The notes beneath the pieces were generated by a model. It did not search any database. It was not told where the DNA came from and saw only the letters and a program-made list of their open reading frames with translations. From NCBI GenBank assembly GCA_963816145.1, contig CAWFJP010000005.1:96001-160000 (forward strand): a stretch of DNA of 64,000 nt. The letters are read 5' to 3'. Positions 62,327-64,000 of this stretch are shown one piece after another. The DNA comes from an uncultured delta proteobacterium. Lineage in GTDB: Bacteria; Desulfobacterota; Binatia; UBA9968. Position 1 is the stretch's first letter. The number at the start of each line of letters is the position of its first letter. Made by a program: the position numbers and the translations under genes.

Positions 62327-62458
62327 GAGGCTGTGTCGTAATGCGCAAATGCCCCACATCTGTCATCCCGAGCGCAGCGAGGGATCTCGTGTTTTCAGCC
62401 ACATACGAAGAAAAGATTTCTCGGCTTCACCTCGAAATGACAGTTGCGACACAGTCTG
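62327..62458. mobile_element. 132-bp MITE, copy 3 (flanks TCA/TGA)
   Basis: Near-identical to copies 1 and 2; inside a CCTTCCCCC..GGGGGAAGG hairpin. Confidence 0.85.
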
Positions 62459-62642
62459 TGACGGGGGAAGGTTGGGATGGGGGTGCTGCGCACGCTATTG
62501 AAAATGATGGGCACCCCCACTCTAACTCTCCCCCGTCGAGGGGGAGAGAATGGGAAACGCAGCGATTGAAGCGGGTACAGCGATTGTCAGCTATAACAAC
62601 TGAGCTTCAACTTAATTGATTTAAGATTTTGGAGGTTCCAAC

Positions 62643-63422
62643 ATGAGTGCAGATACGACCCCCGGTTACGATCTTCTTTACGACATCATTCGGCGCCGCT
62701 CGAGCGTGCGCAAGTTGAAACCCGATCCAATTCCCGACGAATACATCGGCAAGATTCTCGAAGCCGGGCGCTGGGCGATGTCGGGGGCCAACTCGCAGCC
62801 TTGGGAATACATCGTCGTCAAAGATGCCAAAGTAAAAAAGGATCTGTTTCGCTGCTACTCGGAGGACAACACCGACTTTATCTACTGGATGGAGCAGCAG
62901 CGGGTGTTCGAGTTGCGCCATCCGGCCTATCAGATGACCGCCGACGAGGCGGTGGAGCGCCAGCGGCGCGGCGCCGGTTGGTCCGAGGCGCCGGCGTTGA
63001 TCGTCGTCGTCGGCGACGGACGGCGCCAGTGGGGCACGGTGCAAGGCGCGCATACCTTCGGCCGCGATCAATCGCATCTCACCGATGGACTGGCGAATAC
63101 TTGCACATTTATGCATCTGGCCGCGGTGTCACTGGGACTGGCGACCCAGTGGGTGACGATTCATGTCCAGGAGCCGTTTAAGAAAGTTCTCGGCGTGCCC
63201 GACTTGATGATGCTCTATCTGATCATTCCCATCGGCTACCCGGCGGTGCAGCCCTCCGAAGGCGTGCGCCGGCCGCTCGAAGAAATCGTCCATCACGATC
63301 ACTACGAGCAGGACAAGTTCATGAGCAACGAGCGGGTGATTCAATTCCTCTACGAACTGCGCGGCAAGACGTTGCAGACGTATCGGCAGTCGTATGTGGG
63401 GAAGGAAGCGGAGAAGAAGTAA
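62643..63422 (+). CDS. Nitroreductase family protein, paralog of 53136
   Basis: RRSSVRK, RWAMSGANSQPWE, shared GDGRRQWGTV.GAHTFGRDQSHLTDGLAN. Confidence 0.92.
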   Translation: MSADTTPGYDLLYDIIRRRSSVRKLKPDPIPDEYIGKILEAGRWAMSGANSQPWEYIVVKDAKVKKDLFRCYSEDNTDFIYWMEQQRVFELRHPAYQMTADEAVERQRRGAGWSEAPALIVVVGDGRRQWGTVQGAHTFGRDQSHLTDGLANTCTFMHLAAVSLGLATQWVTIHVQEPFKKVLGVPDLMMLYLIIPIGYPAVQPSEGVRRPLEEIVHHDHYEQDKFMSNERVIQFLYELRGKTLQTYRQSYVGKEAEKK

Positions 63423-63446
63423 GGGGTGACGGGTAAGGGGTTAGGC

Positions 63447-64000
63447 GTGTTCGGGAAATCGATAGTAACATTAATCGGCCTATTGCTCGCTATTGTTCTC
63501 GATAGTAGAGCTTTTGGCGCGCAGGTTAAGATCACCGTGGGGTATGGCGGCGAGTTGGGGTATCAGGCGCCGATTTGGGTGGCGCATGAGCTGAAGTTGT
63601 TCGCCAAATATGGGATGAACTCTGAACTGGTGCGCATCGCCGGCGGGGCGCGCAGTACGGCCGCGCTGTTGGCGAACGCATTGCAACTGTCACAGAGCGC
63701 GGGTGTGGCACCGGTGCAGGCGAACTTGGCCGGCGGCGACCTGGTGATCATCGCGACTTCGACCAATCGGCCGACGGTCAGCATTGTCGGCCAGCCGAAG
63801 ACGGTGAAGAAACCCCAGGACTTGGTCGGCAAGACCGTCGGGCTCGTCGGTCCGGGGGAGATGAACACGTTCTTTTTTCTCAACGCGCTGGAGCGTTGGG
63901 GCATCGATCCGAAGTCGGTCACGGTTCTCGCCATCCCAGGTACGCAGCCGCGGCTTGCCGCGGTGGTCGCCGGCACCATCGATGCAACCGTTTTGGCGCC
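63447..64000 (+). CDS. ABC-type substrate-binding protein, NMT1/SsuA-like, partial
   Basis: Manual translation MFGKSIVTLIGLLLAIVL...PIWVAHELKLFAKYG...DLVGKTVG; runs off the window. Confidence 0.85.
   Translation, partial: MFGKSIVTLIGLLLAIVLDSRAFGAQVKITVGYGGELGYQAPIWVAHELKLFAKYGMNSELVRIAGGARSTAALLANALQLSQSAGVAPVQANLAGGDLVIIATSTNRPTVSIVGQPKTVKKPQDLVGKTVGLVGPGEMNTFFFLNALERWGIDPKSVTVLAIPGTQPRLAAVVAGTIDATVLA

Noticed and set aside
58272-62458. Repeated 132-bp sequence as CRISPR array or ncRNA gene
   Set aside because: Copies are kilobases apart, separated by genes, and have TIRs plus TSDs; no cas genes
60640-62619. Short ORFs sharing MRKCPTSVIPSAARDL / MAENTRSLAALGMTD as a peptide family
   Set aside because: They are translations of the MITE copies

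Overview
A 64-kb window of high-GC bacterial chromosome. It is dominated by orphan NMT1/SsuA-type solute-binding proteins, amidohydrolases, VOC proteins, M24-fold and hydantoinase enzymes, a gene content that suggests Candidatus Binatia or a related lineage (inference only). Core content: a catabolic and transport gene mosaic, a TRAP operon with three tandem TAXI receptors, and a nitroreductase-bracketed hydantoinase/M24/PrpD cluster. Visibly AT-richer accessory islands: (i) 7.8-12.5 kb, gene remnants plus a stand-alone NRPS A-PCP protein with an atypical substrate pocket; (ii) 22.3-23.3 kb, a HEPN-motif orphan; (iii) 41.0-43.3 kb, a decayed integron-cassette array without integrase (two attC-like sites, a broken RelE/HTH toxin-antitoxin pair, SIR2-like, protease and cupin fragments); (iv) 44.6-49.6 kb, a three-gene cluster of GT2 fused to a RepB-primase-like domain, FkbH-ACP and GT1. 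Intergenic DNA carries several palindromic repeat families. One is a 132-bp MITE present three times, each copy in the loop of a REP-like hairpin with a 3-bp target duplication. No rRNA, tRNA or CRISPR array was recognised. All family calls come from reading motifs, not from database searches.
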